From Rhizophagus irregularis (taxonomy: Eukaryota): 64,000 bases of DNA. Positions within the stretch are counted from its first letter, which is position 1. Each line of letters starts with the position of its first letter. This document shows positions 10,601 to 23,975 of the stretch, piece by piece. The notes beneath the pieces are model-generated. The model was not told where the DNA came from, did no database searches, and saw nothing but the letters and a program-made list of their open reading frames with translations. The position numbers and the translations under genes were made by a program. The stretch lies in NCBI RefSeq assembly GCF_026210795.1, contig NC_089429.1, positions 868,001 through 932,000 on the forward strand, in the 5' to 3' direction.

Positions 10601-10972
10601 AGAAACGAATAATATTCTCATGGAAATCCACTTCCCGTTGGATTTTAAGCTAAACAGAATTTTAAATTAGAAGTTATATAAATTATAAGGTAATAATTAT
10701 TTTATTATTACCTCTTTAACTATTTCTTTAATTGTGACGTTGTTAAAATTGAAAAAAGATTTTAATGCCAAATAATTAGGAGAACTTTTCCAGTTCGCAC
10801 GGTAAACTTTCCCAAATCCTCCGAACCCAATTTCTTGAAAATTACTAAAATGATTGAGTTCATAATATTTAAAGTAATCTTTTGCAATGGCTTCTTCAAT
10901 CCAATTAATCCACTCATTATTTGAATTTTCAGTAAAATTTACGGGTATATTAGACTCAGTGTTATTAGACAT
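7628..10972 (-). CDS. TKL-like protein kinase fused to 16 Sel1-like repeats (~1016 aa; exons 10972-10712, 10649-10586, 10506-10322, 10236-9900, 9831-7628)
   Basis: Motifs GFGGFGKV, ALK, HRDLHSKN, DFG, PYIDP, SDIYSIGVLLWE, CW..EPDNRP. GT-AG introns keep the frame. C-terminal 36-aa KKAFELYQKSADLGN..G...LG.CY..GIG repeats. Confidence 0.92.
7780..9190 (-). repeat. About 13 near-identical 108-bp coding tandem repeats (Sel1-like units)
   Basis: 108-bp periodicity with an alternating 216-bp higher-order pattern. Confidence 0.9.
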
Positions 10973-11489
10973 TATTGGGCTTCTTAATTTTATTGACGAA
11001 GATAATATTTTTTTTTTTCATGCAATTTATTATAAGGAGTGGTATTACCAAAACGTAATTGTGCATGTAGTGCCTCGACCCGGATGAAAACCGTCATCCG
11101 GATTACACAAAAAAAAAATCCGGATTACATCCGGATTGACCCGGATTTTGAATCCGGATCAGATAATCCGGATAGAAACCGGAATCCGGATTGGATTTAC
11201 ATATAATTTTTTTTTGACTGCGAACTAAAGTTAAACAATTTTCGCATAATACTTCAAAATATTTATTGTCAAAAATTACCAAATAATAATTACTGAAATC
11301 TGATGCAAAAATATACTAAAAATAATTTAAGAAATAGATATTAATTATAATTAAATTATGATAGCAGCAATTTAATTATTTCATTTTTATTTTAACATTT
11401 CTTTATGTTTATACAACAATTTCATAGCATTTATGTTTTTGTTAATAAGCTTTATAAAATTTATTAATAAAATTATTTTTAAGTTTATA

Positions 11490-12270
11490 GCATTATTTAA
11501 TAAATTTGTGGCTTTTAATAAATTTTATATAAGCTTTGTGTCATTTGTGGCTTTTATGAGTAGGACTTGTGGTTTTATAGATGAGATCACAACTTTTTTT
11601 AATAGGATTATATATGGCTTTTTTGATAAAAATATGGCTTTTTATTTTGATAAAAATTAAAATCATTTTGTGGCTTTTTTTGATAAAAATTAAGATTACA
11701 TTATGGCTTTTTTTTGATAAAATTAAGTTTGTTTTATGACTTCTTTTAATAAATATATGGTTTTTTTAATAAAATTGTGGCTTTTTTTGATAAAATCATG
11801 ATAGTTTTCTTGATAAAAATTAAGATCATATTATGGCTTTTTTTTTGATAAAAATTAAGATCACATTATGACTTTTGTTGATAAAATAATGCTTGTTTTA
11901 TGGATTCTTTTAATAAAATATATAACTTTATTAATAAAATCATGGCTTTTTGATAAAATTATAGTTCTTTTTGATAAACATTAAGATCATTTTATGGCTT
12001 TTTTTTTGATAAAATTTATACTTGTTTATGATGAGATATAGTTTTTTTAATAAAATTATGATACTAGTTTTTTTTGATAAATATCAAAGATCATTTTATG
12101 GCTTTTTTGATAAAATATATAGCTTTTTTAATAAAATTATGGCTTTTTTAATAGAATTATAGCTTTTTGATAAATATATAGGCTTTTTTTTTTGATAAAT
12201 ATTAAAATCATTTTATGGCTTTTTTTGATAAAATCTTAATTTTATAAATTTATAATAAAAAGCCATAACC
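11490..12270. repeat. Degenerate AT-rich repeat array inside the hAT left arm
   Basis: Recurring TTATGGCTTTTTTGATAAAA-like units. Confidence 0.7.
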
Positions 12271-12373
12271 TTACTTAAAAAAACACTATATAAATGCTGT
12301 AATTTCACCTTGATAATTTTTACATAATTTCACTTTGAAATTAAATTTAATATTTAAAAATAATTTATTAAAT

Positions 12374-14629
12374 ATGGCAGATGATAGTAGTTATATTCTA
12401 CCTTCAAGTGATGATGACTTTAGTGAAGAAATTACTAATGAAATGGTCCAAATACCAGAATTACCAGTAGCTACAAGTGAAATAGAACAAATAAATGTAA
12501 TTAGTATACCTGACTCAACAGTTCAAATATCAGCTAAATTACAAACAAAAGTAAGTAGTTGGGTATGGAAATATTTTATTAAAGATTATAATAATAAAGG
12601 TGAAATACGTGCATATTGTCAATTTGTAATGGAAAATGGAGATAAATGTACAAAGAATTATAAATATGATGGATCTACAGGAAACCTTAGTAGTCATATT
12701 ATTAAACATGGAATTATACCACCTACAGCAGCAGAAAATTTACCTGCTGCTGAAATTAAATCAAAGCCTATACAATCTATTGATAATATTGGACAAAAAG
12801 AAAAGGAAGAATCTACATTACGATGGATTCTATTGACAACACAACCCCTTTCAACTGTAATTCACAAAGCCTATATTGAACATATGCATATCATAGATCC
12901 AGAATTTATAGTTCCTGGAGAGAGGAAAATTAGAATGATGATTGCTCAAAGTTATGGATATAATAGAAACAAATTAAAGCAATTTTTAAAATCTGCCCAA
13001 TCCATTTCTTTGACCACTGATTTGTGGTCTTCTAGGTCAAAACATGGTTATTTAGGTTTAACAGCAACTTGGATTAATCAAAATTTTGAAATAACAGATA
13101 TTTTACTTGAAATATCCTATTTTCCAGCACCACATACTGCAGATAAAATTGCACAAACTATTAAAATGATTATCCAAAAATGGGAAATTGAAAACCTTAT
13201 AGTATCAATTACAACTGACAATGGTGCTAATGTAGTAGCTGCTATTCGTGAATTAGCACCAATTGAAAGGTTTTCCTGTGCAGCACATACTTTACAATTA
13301 GCTATTGGAAAGGGTTTAAAACTTGTGGAAGATTTAGCAATACGTGCAAGACAGTTAATTAATTTTTTTTCAACTCAAAAACAGATTGAACGATTAGTTA
13401 AAATACAAAAAGATAATGGTTATGAGGAGCAATTACATTTAATACAAGATATTCCCACTAGGTAAATAAAAATTTTAAATCTTTAATTTTGTTTACAAAT
13501 TACAATATAATGCTAATATATTTAATTTTATTTCAATTATTTAAGATGGAATTCAACTTATTTAGCATGGGATCGTCTTATTTTCCTTCAATGTGCTATT
13601 CTTCAGCTTAATGTAAATTTATCTTGTTCTTTAATACGTGAAGAAAAAGCTGATAGTATCAAATTGAAAAAAATTATGTTGAGTGATAATGAATGGGAAT
13701 TACTAGATGAATTATGTAATATTTTGTCACCATTTGAAAAAGCTACACGAGATTTGTCTGGAAATACTTATGTTACATTAAGTCAAGTGGTTCCTATTAT
13801 TACAAGACTTACAAATTCTTTAAATCCATCTGGTAATTTATATGAAGAAGAACCTGATGATAGTTTTAATGATTTAGAAGAAGAAAATTCAACTAACCAG
13901 CAAACTAATTATGATAATATTAGAGAAACTTTAGAAAATGTAAAGAAAAATATTTACAGAAGTTTGAGATACTATTGGAAAATACCAAACGAGTTTGGTA
14001 TTATGGCAGCACTTTTAGACCCAAGATATAAGAATCTTGATTTTATTTCTGATGATAGTATAAAGAGAAAATTTCATTCTACTTTAAGAACACGATATGA
14101 CCAATTAAAATGGGATATAAGTCAGCAAAGTATTCCATCATCACCTACAACTGTTACTTCTGCTGAAAGTTTAATTGCTGGAAGTTCAACTCCAAGTAGA
14201 TCTTTACGTGACCATAAAGCAAGACGTGAACAAAAAGCAAAAGAAGTATTTCAAAGAACAGAAATCCCTACATCATCAATGGAGGATGAAATTACAAGCT
14301 ATCTTCTTATGCCAATTGCAAGGGAAAATAAAAATCCATTAGATTGGTGGAGAGTAAAACGTGAAATTTTTCCAATTCTCTCTTTAATTGCACAAAAGTA
14401 CTTAGGTATTCCTGCTACCTCTGTAGCTTCTGAGCGACTTTTCTCTGATGCAGGAAATCATATTACATCAAAAAGAAATTCATTGGACCCTGGCCTATTG
14501 GGAAAAATGATATTTTTAAAGCGTAATATGCAAACAATGGATCATATTAATGTGTTTCCTCCAGATTTAGATGTGGAAAAGAGTAATTCAGAAGAATATT
14601 TATCTGAATGTGAATTTGAGGAATGGTAA
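12374..14629 (+). CDS. hAT transposase with BED zinc finger (723 aa; exons 12374-13461, 13546-14629)
   Basis: SWVWKYF..C..C..STGNLSSHIIKH BED finger; TTDLWS, TTDNGAN, CAAHTLQL, TR|WNSTY across the intron; PATSVASERLFS dimerisation motif. No stops after splicing. Confidence 0.93.
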
Positions 14630-15329
14630 ATAAATAATAATTTTTATCTACAATTATTTGTTATTTGTTAATGTATAAATTTAAATAAATAAATCTGATA
14701 CAAACTTCAATAAATAAATTATAATTGAAAAATCTTCTTAAACTTACTGTATTAAAAAGTTTAATATAACTAATAAATTTTAATAAAAAAAATTATCCAT
14801 AATATCATTTAGATATAGAACGTTATGGATCAGCAAAATTATTATTATTAAAAAAAAAAAAAAAAATTTCATCCGGATTCCGGGTCAAACCGGATATTTT
14901 TCATCCGGTTTATAATCCGGATGAAAACCGTAGAAATCCGGATATCCGAAAAAAAAAAATCCGGATCAATCCGGATTGATCCGGATACGGGTCGAGGCAC
15001 TATGTGCATGGAGGTACAGTAACTGTCGATCACTTCAGGTGATACTTTAAAAAACATTTCAGTTTATATTATGTAGATCAGATTTTAGTTAATTTGAGCC
15101 AGAATTATCTCTAAATATGGACTGCAATTTTCAACGTTGTTTAATATTTTTTAGAATCATAAATAATATCGCATAAAATTGCAACTTTAATTAAAAATTT
15201 GGTCTGGGACGGTTCAGACCACATCTTCATATTTTAATTAATAACTATAATTTTTTTTAATTAAGGGACATATCTGTCACTCAATCGGAGAAATTTAATT
15301 AATACAATACAAGTATACAACACAGTTAA

Positions 15330-16340
15330 AGTTACACTGAAATATTCATGAAAATATCATACGATTTTGTGAAATCACAAAGATAGAATATATCAGTAAG
15401 TATTGAAAACATATTTAACATAATAATCAATTTATCTTAATAATAAGTAATTATTTTAAGATAAAATTGATTTAATTAGGCGAAATTTAAAAATATTCTT
15501 TAGTCTTAGAATACGCTGATAGTAGTGGTACGTTAAATGCTTACTTATTTAAGCAACCATTTTAATGTTTCGAACTGGAATGATAGATCCCACTTAGCAT
15601 TGCAATTGGCCAGCTCTGTAGAATTTTTGCAGATAATGATATTATTCATTGTGACCTGGTAATACTATATATTTTTTATATATTTTATTCATTCTAATAT
15701 CATTTATTTTAAAAAAAAATACAGCATAATAATTGAAGCATGGAAATAATATACATATACTTATATATACATCAGAAAAATATTAAATTAGCAGATTTTT
15801 GTTTATCAAAATAAAATTGTCGAAGCATCAAGTGACATATCAAAAGCACTTGGTGTATTACCCTATATCGATATGGACCCAAAAGTTTCGATGACAAAGA
15901 AAATTATAAATTAAATAAAAAATCTGATGTATACAGCATTGAAGTTTTATTTTGGCAAATTTCAAGTGGATGCAGACCTTTTTGTTGAAATTAATTATGG
16001 TCCAAGTTTAATGTTATTTATATTAAATGGTAAAAGAGAAAAAATTGTTGATGGAACTCCTGTTAAATATGGTAAAATATATACAGGTAACATTAATAAC
16101 CTTATTAATATTTTTTTATGAGCATTATTATTGATATTAATTTTATTTACTAATTGATTAGCATGTTGGAATTATGAACCGAATGAACGTCTAAATATGC
16201 AAGAAGTTGTTGTGACACTTAAAGCAATCATTTCTTCTGAAATTACCATTTATAATAACTTAATGAAGACAAAAAAAAATTCTTTTTCATCAGAAAATTA
16301 TGAAACAAATTTAGAATCAAGAAAGGATCTTTGGATATAA
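15330..16340 (+). pseudogene. Degraded TKL-like kinase pseudogene
   Basis: Frameshifted remnants of [58 protein letters not shown], with intron positions like the kinase at 7628-10972. Confidence 0.8.
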
Positions 16341-18532
16341 ATAATGGTTTAAATATTAACAGATAGTTTAATATTTGATACCATCAAATATTACACCATT
16401 AAATATTAATGTATGTGATAGTAGGATAAGGCGGTAATTGTAGTAGTCGTATGAATTTTATTGTCAATGACGTCTTTTCAATTATAAAGTTGATATCCTT
16501 TATTGAGAATCTAGAATAAAATTATTAAAAAATACAAGCTTATTGTATCCACTGATGTTTTTTATTATGAATTTCAAGCCTTATTATAATATTTTTTTTT
16601 TTACATTTCATTATTATTTCACAAAAAATCTTTTGTTAATTGCAAACCTTTTTGATGAGTTTTACCTTTTATATATATTAAAACATTTCTTTTTACAATT
16701 ATCACAAAAGCATTGTGTGTGACCTAACTCGTTTCTTTTATGTATTATCAATATTATTCATCATTTTTCTTACATGTTTTGAAGATGAACATGATAAAGT
16801 AATTTTTGATTAATATGTATAATTAATTGGCTCTTTACAATCAAATTGTTTCATTCGTTTTTTATTTGAATTAAGATTGGCTATACAAAAAACCAATTTT
16901 TCAGCAGGATCTTTCATAAAATCCTATTATGCCATTATACCAAAATTTCTTTTATAGTATAAATTGACAATTGCACCAGTTTCCGAAATAAGAATAAAGG
17001 TGATACCAGTTTCTAAATTTGGAACAATAATTTGGGTATGAAAAATTAAAAAATGGGAAATATTGAAAGAATATAATGAAATCTACAAATATCGATGTGA
17101 TGTTCATTTTTTTTTAAATAAAAAGGATTGTTAAAAACATATTTATTTAAAAGCTTTTTTTACATAATATTTTCATATATAATAACTGAAAATAACAAAT
17201 GAAATCCGCAACTTACTTTTTAATTTAAAAGATTATGCAATGTAATTAATATATTTATTGCATGCAACGGGTAAAAAAAATATTTTGTTGTTCAATTAAT
17301 AATTAAAAATATCTCTGTCTAATAATTTTTTCTAATAAACTATAATATTTAATATATATTTTAACATTTCAAAGAGAATTACAATGAAAATGATAAAATA
17401 AACTGTCTATAAAATAAAGTAATCGTAGTTTCTTATTATGAACTGCAGATGATAGATAGTACATATGTTTGTTAACCGGTAATGCACTGCTACTTTTGTA
17501 AGGGATTCTTGGGTTCATTTAAATCTGGAAATTTGACCTAAATTGTTATTATAAAATTACTCTATATTTTTTAATATTGTAATAGGTCAAATTCTTCTTT
17601 CTGATACCCGGGAAAAGTTGCTTCTGATATTGCATAATTATTTACATAAGTAGTATTTGACATTGATGGATTTGGATGTACAGTATATCTTCTTGAGGTT
17701 TATTTTGTGAATTATTTTCATTTGAATGATTTTCATTTTTAATGATTTATTTCCGTTTTTAAATATTCGATGTAACTTGTCTTTATTTTTTTCAATGAAT
17801 TCAAAATTGGAATAGTAAATTTAACTTCAGATTTACTTTAGAATCGAAGCATGATTGGCCTATTATTGATCAGCTGATTCGTTCATGTGATCATTCAACG
17901 CACGATATTAAAAAAAAAGAATAAAAAAAACATTTCCTATATTATAGTAACAAAACACTCGTTTTATTTTAATAAAAGAAGAATAAATTACGTTTTCTCT
18001 TTAATAAAAACAACTGATTTTAGTTTTTTTTATCAAATCATAAAAAATAATAAAAACTGATTTTGGGTTTTTATTTAAAAAAAAAATATCAAATGCAATT
18101 TTATATTAAAAAAAATGTGTTTTGTTTATTACATAAAAAAGTTTCATTTATTAAATAATTTTTTTTTATTAAGGAACAGAAGTAACTAATTGGCACAGTC
18201 AGTTGTTTTGTCATATTCGCGAAATTTGATGCAGTATCATATTTAGATTAATGTGAAAAACTGAAAAACAAATATACGATAAGAATGAATGGCTATGGAT
18301 TTACTAATATAAAATTTTAATATAAAATTGGTAAACCTATGATAACTAATCTAATTTTCTAACCTAATTTTTTTAATCTATTATGGTTTAATTGTACTTT
18401 TTATGTCGAGGAGTGATGACATCACCCATCTTTTTTTTCACTTATCAAATATATTGTTTTTTTACAAATATTTTACACTAGTATTATATTAGTATAAAAT
18501 ATCAAAAGAATAAAAATAATTAAGAAATATTG

Positions 18533-20011
18533 CTAAAAAGAACGAAAATCATGATAATTATATTCTTTAATTACACCCTCATCAAAATATTTTTTTATAA
18601 TCTTATCATGTTCTGTAAAACTTCCATTATAGCGGAGTTTGATAATATTTAAAATGAGTGGTGATTTTCTTTTTTTCCAATTTTCAAAAAAAATTTCTAA
18701 GCCTTCAATTGTAAATATTAAATTAAATGAATATTCACACAAAGTTTCTGGTGAATAATCTGATATAATTTCTAATAATTTGTCACCATTATGTTCTTTA
18801 CTATCCAATAAAGCCAACATTTCTAATTGTGTACAATTTAAAAAGATTTCTTTTAAATCTTCAAAATTTTCAGGTTCAATATTAATAATTGTAAACCTTT
18901 TAATCTTTGGACAACATTTAGAAATTGTTATAATTAATTTTTTAGTATAAATAGGATCATGAACTTTCATTTTAAGTATATTAATCTCTAAAATATTTCC
19001 ATTAGATTTTTCAATCAACATATAATCTTTAATAAAGGATGGTAAATAATAATCATGTATTTTTAGATATTCAAGATTTGGAAATGAAGTAATTGATAAA
19101 TATTCATCCCAAGCTTCCACCGTGTAACCTTCAAATAACATATTAAAATCCATATCATTAATAAGTTCTAAATGTTGTAAATTTATCAATGATGTAAGAA
19201 TTTTGGGTGATAATAATCCAATAAATGGTCTTATAATGAATTTTTTTAATGTAGAAGCTTTCTTCATAATTATACTACTCAATGGAATAAATTCAAAGAT
19301 ATCCGATCTTTCTTCATGAAAAAAATCTATGGATAATGATTGTAAATTTCTTTGAATTTCAATGAAATTAACTAATCCTACTATGATATTTCCTTTACAT
19401 TCAATTACTTCCAAGTGTTTAATATTTTGACAAATTTGTGTCATATCAAATAAATTTGCTATTGTCAGAAACATAAGATTAATTATTAATGTACATAATT
19501 GAGAAAAGCAAGTAGTTGCCCCTTGATATTTAAATAAAGGATGTGATGTATTCCAATAAAAAAGTTTTAAACCTTTACAATTATTTATAAATAACTCATA
19601 AAATTCTTGTTCCAATACATACTTCTCATATTTTTCTGCAATCCATTTTTCATCATTATATCCTTTACTATTAACTAATGACTGTGATATACTACTAATT
19701 AAATCTGGTGAAATTTGAGTGAAAAAGCTAATATAGTTAAACAATGGTTTATCATAAGGAATTTCAGTTAAAGAAAATTCAGGGATATTATCAGATAGAA
19801 ATTTCTTTGAAGATTTTGGTAGTAAGAAAATTATCATATTATAAAGTTTAGAAGGTGAAAATCCTTTTAGAGAAGATGGATTTTTCCATAATATTGGTAT
19901 AGCTATACGACACCAGTATCTATTCACCAAAATGCATGAATATAAAGATGATAAATCATATTGTAATTCATTAATAATAATTTGAAGACAATCTTCAGCA
20001 ATATGCAACAT
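18533..20011 (-). CDS. F-box-like / LRR (RNI-like) protein, 492 aa
   Basis: N-terminal IAEDCLQIII..L..D..SLYSCILVNRYWCRIAIPILWKNP followed by LxxLxL-rich repeats; intronless. Confidence 0.85.
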   Translation of the reverse strand: MLHIAEDCLQIIINELQYDLSSLYSCILVNRYWCRIAIPILWKNPSSLKGFSPSKLYNMIIFLLPKSSKKFLSDNIPEFSLTEIPYDKPLFNYISFFTQISPDLISSISQSLVNSKGYNDEKWIAEKYEKYVLEQEFYELFINNCKGLKLFYWNTSHPLFKYQGATTCFSQLCTLIINLMFLTIANLFDMTQICQNIKHLEVIECKGNIIVGLVNFIEIQRNLQSLSIDFFHEERSDIFEFIPLSSIIMKKASTLKKFIIRPFIGLLSPKILTSLINLQHLELINDMDFNMLFEGYTVEAWDEYLSITSFPNLEYLKIHDYYLPSFIKDYMLIEKSNGNILEINILKMKVHDPIYTKKLIITISKCCPKIKRFTIINIEPENFEDLKEIFLNCTQLEMLALLDSKEHNGDKLLEIISDYSPETLCEYSFNLIFTIEGLEIFFENWKKRKSPLILNIIKLRYNGSFTEHDKIIKKYFDEGVIKEYNYHDFRSF

Positions 20012-20689
20012 TATTTTGAATTTAATAAAGAGTCAAAGATAAAGAATTTAAGATAAAAAATTTAGGAGAATATATATGTATTTGTATAAAATGATAGTGT
20101 AAATAATTGTAATTATCAGTCAGTTAGTGCCAAATTTGACCACAGTGATTCTTTCATATGAAATGATCTTATGTTTCAATTATAGTGTAGAACACTAGTT
20201 TTATAATTATTGTTATTCAGTATAGTTAAAATGACTTCATTAATAATCATTATATAACCATGATTAGTAATCTTAATTACAAATACACTAACCTGTTTTT
20301 TTCATGTATATCATGTATAACAAAAAAAATACATTCATTTCCCTGTAAAGAAACTAAATTTACCATTCTTTCAAAATAAAATAAAGTTTAATCACTTTTT
20401 CCATTATTTTATTGTTTGGTTAATTATGATTCTTAAAATCTCTCATATAATTATAAGAGAATACTTTTTTTTATTCCGCTTTTTGTACCATAAAAATAAA
20501 AATTTGTTTTAAATAATATTCATTTTTAAATTCGATGTGTTTTTTATTTGATCAATTTGATTATTAAAAATATTTATAAGTAATCAAATAACTTTTTAAA
20601 TAATTTTGAAAGTTAAGCTTTAAATAGTAATTCATCAAATACAGTTAGTGGGAATTTATAACGCAATTAAAAAAAAAGTAATTTTTGTT

Positions 20690-21390
20690 AAATATTATGT
20701 TCGTGGATTATGTTCTATTGTAATCAACCAAAAACTTCATTTCTAAACATTTTAAACAAGATTTCAATTATATCATAGATAAATTTATACAAGATGCTTA
20801 ATTAAAAGCAAGAAATTACAGAAAAGGTATATATATAGAATGGATTTTTTATAATAATTTGAGAAATATACAAGGAGAGTTCAGTGTTGTTTATAAGGCC
20901 AATTTGTTAGGTAGGTATCTAAATGAGTGGAATAATACACAATTGTGGAAGAGACCGTTTTATAAGCTTGAGGTTGAAATACAAAATGGGAAAATATTAT
21001 ATCGCAGGTAATGACAGCTCATTGATTATTTTTGAATTCTATGATGTCTTGAGATATATATATATGTGCACCGCCCTAAAAACAAAATTCAACAATGGAC
21101 AATATTTATGGTAAATAGTCTTACAACGGTTACCATCAAGAGAAAGAAGGTCATCTGGAAAAGCTGGCGGTACACTACAAAGAAAATGAATCATGAGACT
21201 AGGTGCCGCTGTAACTGCAGTGAAGCTTCTACATTATGCTCACTTAGTGACACTAACTCTTATTACTTTTTTTTTCAAAAAAAATGTAAATTATTTCCAA
21301 AAATTGATGATCTGGACGAATTTGATAAAATCTGATTCAAAACTTGCAGATTTTCATGGGATACTACCTCACGTCTATTTTAATGATGTC
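20690..21390 (+). pseudogene. Highly degraded kinase pseudogene fragments
   Basis: Remnants resembling CNQPKT, HFKQDF, IDKFIQDA, IEWI.YNNL, EFSVVYKA and KLADF.GILP, comparable to the kinase at 38746. Confidence 0.55.
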
Positions 21391-23214
21391 TAGGAAAGAA
21401 CTGAAGTTGGTGGTGTGAAGCAATAACCTATTGCTGTGTTTTTGTCAGATCAATGTACTATTTCTTAAAGATCTCATTTTAATATATGTTTCCAAACTTT
21501 ATTTCTTTCATTTATAAATCATCAATTAGTGAAATCAAAGATTTTTCTGTTAGGAAGCGAGAAGTTTTAAATACTTTTAAGCGATTTGATGATTTGATCA
21601 GATTTACTAAGAAATCCTGACGGTAATATTTGATAATACACAATACACTTTAGCAACAAGTTATCACGTGAAAAGTAAAATAACCAAATGGCAAGATGGC
21701 GTAGTAATTTATTAATCATCAAAGTTATCAAACAATTTAACTACAAATAATATTTGAAATGAAGAAATGCTATGTCATCCTTAGTATGTAAAGGTTCTTT
21801 AAAGATAATCGTTATATCTTTAAATGTAAAATATTAATTTACGTTAAATTATTTCACACAATACTTTTCTAAACAAAGTCATGACAAACCATTTTTCATA
21901 GAAAACTATTTGTAATGTATGTATGTAAATAGAAAATACTGATATTAAAATATGACTTCATGTGTATAATGACGTAAGAATATCTTATTATAATCAATCA
22001 ATCATTACTAATCCCGATTTAAGTAAAATACAGTACATAAAATAGCCACTGTTTCTCTTTATTCTCTTTAACCCCTCTTTCCTTTCTTACTACTTCTCGC
22101 TCTTCTTTTTCTTTATTTTTTTTTGCTAAGTATGGTAAAGGTAAGGTACAACCAACTCCACATCACATTTTAGAACCGGCCAACTCCACGTTGAAAAATT
22201 ATAAAAACCGTTAAAGTTAAAAACCGTACTTAAACAAATTTTTAATGAAAATTGAGTAGAGAAACCTGTGTTTATTGCTCGGTCGTCTTTCCCACATTAC
22301 GTATATATACGTACGTATTATATGTATGTATGTACATAGTACGTATTGTGTATATATGTAAACCAAATAATTAGATGGGGGGATGAGAAAGCTTATTTTG
22401 ATTTTACAAAAATAATTTCTTTCTTGTTCTGATGCGCTTGTGCATAATTTTTTTTTTGATTTTACGTTAATTACTTTCTTATCTTTCTTGTTATTTTGAT
22501 GCACTTGCGCATAAGTAGTAGTACCTGGGGCCAGAACATAACTAAAAAACACAGTTTATGTATAGAAATCGATCAAGTTGTGTTGTTATATATCTTTAAT
22601 TCTATATGTCCGAACTTCTCTGCTCAATTTTTGTTCTTTTAACAACCCAAATACTATTTTTTTTTTTAACCCTATTAATTATAAACTGGTTGTAAAGTTT
22701 TAAAGTAAGTGGTTTTTTTTTTACCTGAACGAAGCTTGTCACCTCTACGTGGTGTTCAGGAGAAACAGCTGTAGGTTAATTTACCATACATCTGGCCAAG
22801 AGCAAGCATCATTTTATTTTACATGTTTTTAGATTTTTTTGCGCCATTTTGTATTGAATATCACGTAAAACGTTTATTGATTGTAAAAATCAAAAAAGAA
22901 ATATTCAAAGTTTGAGGAAACTCAATGATACTAAAAGAAGGAAATTATTAATTGTTTAATAAAGATTTAACGAAAAGCTTTAAATTCTCTTAAAAATTGT
23001 AATTTAGAAGTGAAATACGCAAAATAATTGAATTATACTTTGGAAATGGAAGAACCTTTAATTAATTATGTTCAGGTTTACGCTCAGTATTTTATATACA
23101 TTTATTGTTAAAAAAAAATAATGAAAAAAAGTATTAATTAAATTAAATAAAAAAAAATTCGTAACGTGAAAATCGAATAAATGGAAAAAAATATATTTTG
23201 AAACGAAAAAAGAA

Positions 23215-23975
23215 AATTAATGCTTGCTGTAGTACTGAAACGCATTTCCTGATCCTTGAGTTCCCGATTGAAAGGATAAAAAATTTTTTTTTTTTTAAAA
23301 ATAAAATTCAAACGGGTGAATTGGCGCTCACCGCAATACCGCAGCAGTAAGAGTAAAATTTTTTTAAAAAAAAATTAGTAAGAATTAAATAGAAAAAAAT
23401 TATTAAAAAAATTGAAAATTGGTGCTTACCGTAATATCGTAGTGGTAAGAGCATCTCCCGACCGTGAGTTCTCAATCTTAAAAGGCGAAAGAAAAAAATT
23501 AGTAAAAAAAATCAAATAGAAAAAAAAATATTATTTCAAAACGAAAAAAAATTGAAATTGGTGCTTACCATAGTACCGCAGCGGTAAGCGTGCCATGAGT
23601 TCCCAATCTGAAAGGACGAAAAAATAAATTCTGTCGTATAATCATGAAGGCGCAACAATGATATGGCTAGTACAACATAAATAAAGTTTCAAAAAATAAT
23701 AAAAAAATATCAATATTAGCAAAAAAAAATAAAAATAACAGAAATAAAAAATTCAAAATGGGAGAATCAGCGCTTGCAGCAATCTGAAGTCTGAACTGCA
23801 AGTTCTCGATCCTAAAGGATGAAAAAATTTAGAAAAAATATTATTTCAAAATGAAAAAAAAAATTGAAATTGGTGCTTACCATAGTACCGCGTCTCACAG
23901 CTGATCCTAAAAGTCGAGAAAAAAAAATAGAAAAATTAAAAAAAAAATCCTGAAAGCAAATTAGTGCTTACCGTT
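23215..23975 (-). repeat. Degenerate tandem array of ~110-150-bp units (GC-rich core plus T-rich spacer with splice-like signals)
   Basis: Minus strand repeats CCTTTCAG|ATTGGGAACTC...ACTATG|GTAAGCACCAATTT. Confidence 0.65.

Larger units (their letters stand above)
11068..15002 (+). mobile_element. Intact hAT-superfamily DNA transposon (3935 bp)
   Basis: 15-bp perfect TIR TAGTGCCTCGACCCG. 8-bp TSD TGTGCATG (11060-11067, 15003-15010). Clustered subterminal ATCCGGAT motifs at both ends; contains a transposase gene. Confidence 0.95.

Noticed and set aside
16560..17830. Possible degraded minus-strand gene
   Set aside because: Coding-like patches with several stops and no recognisable motif; boundaries could not be supported.
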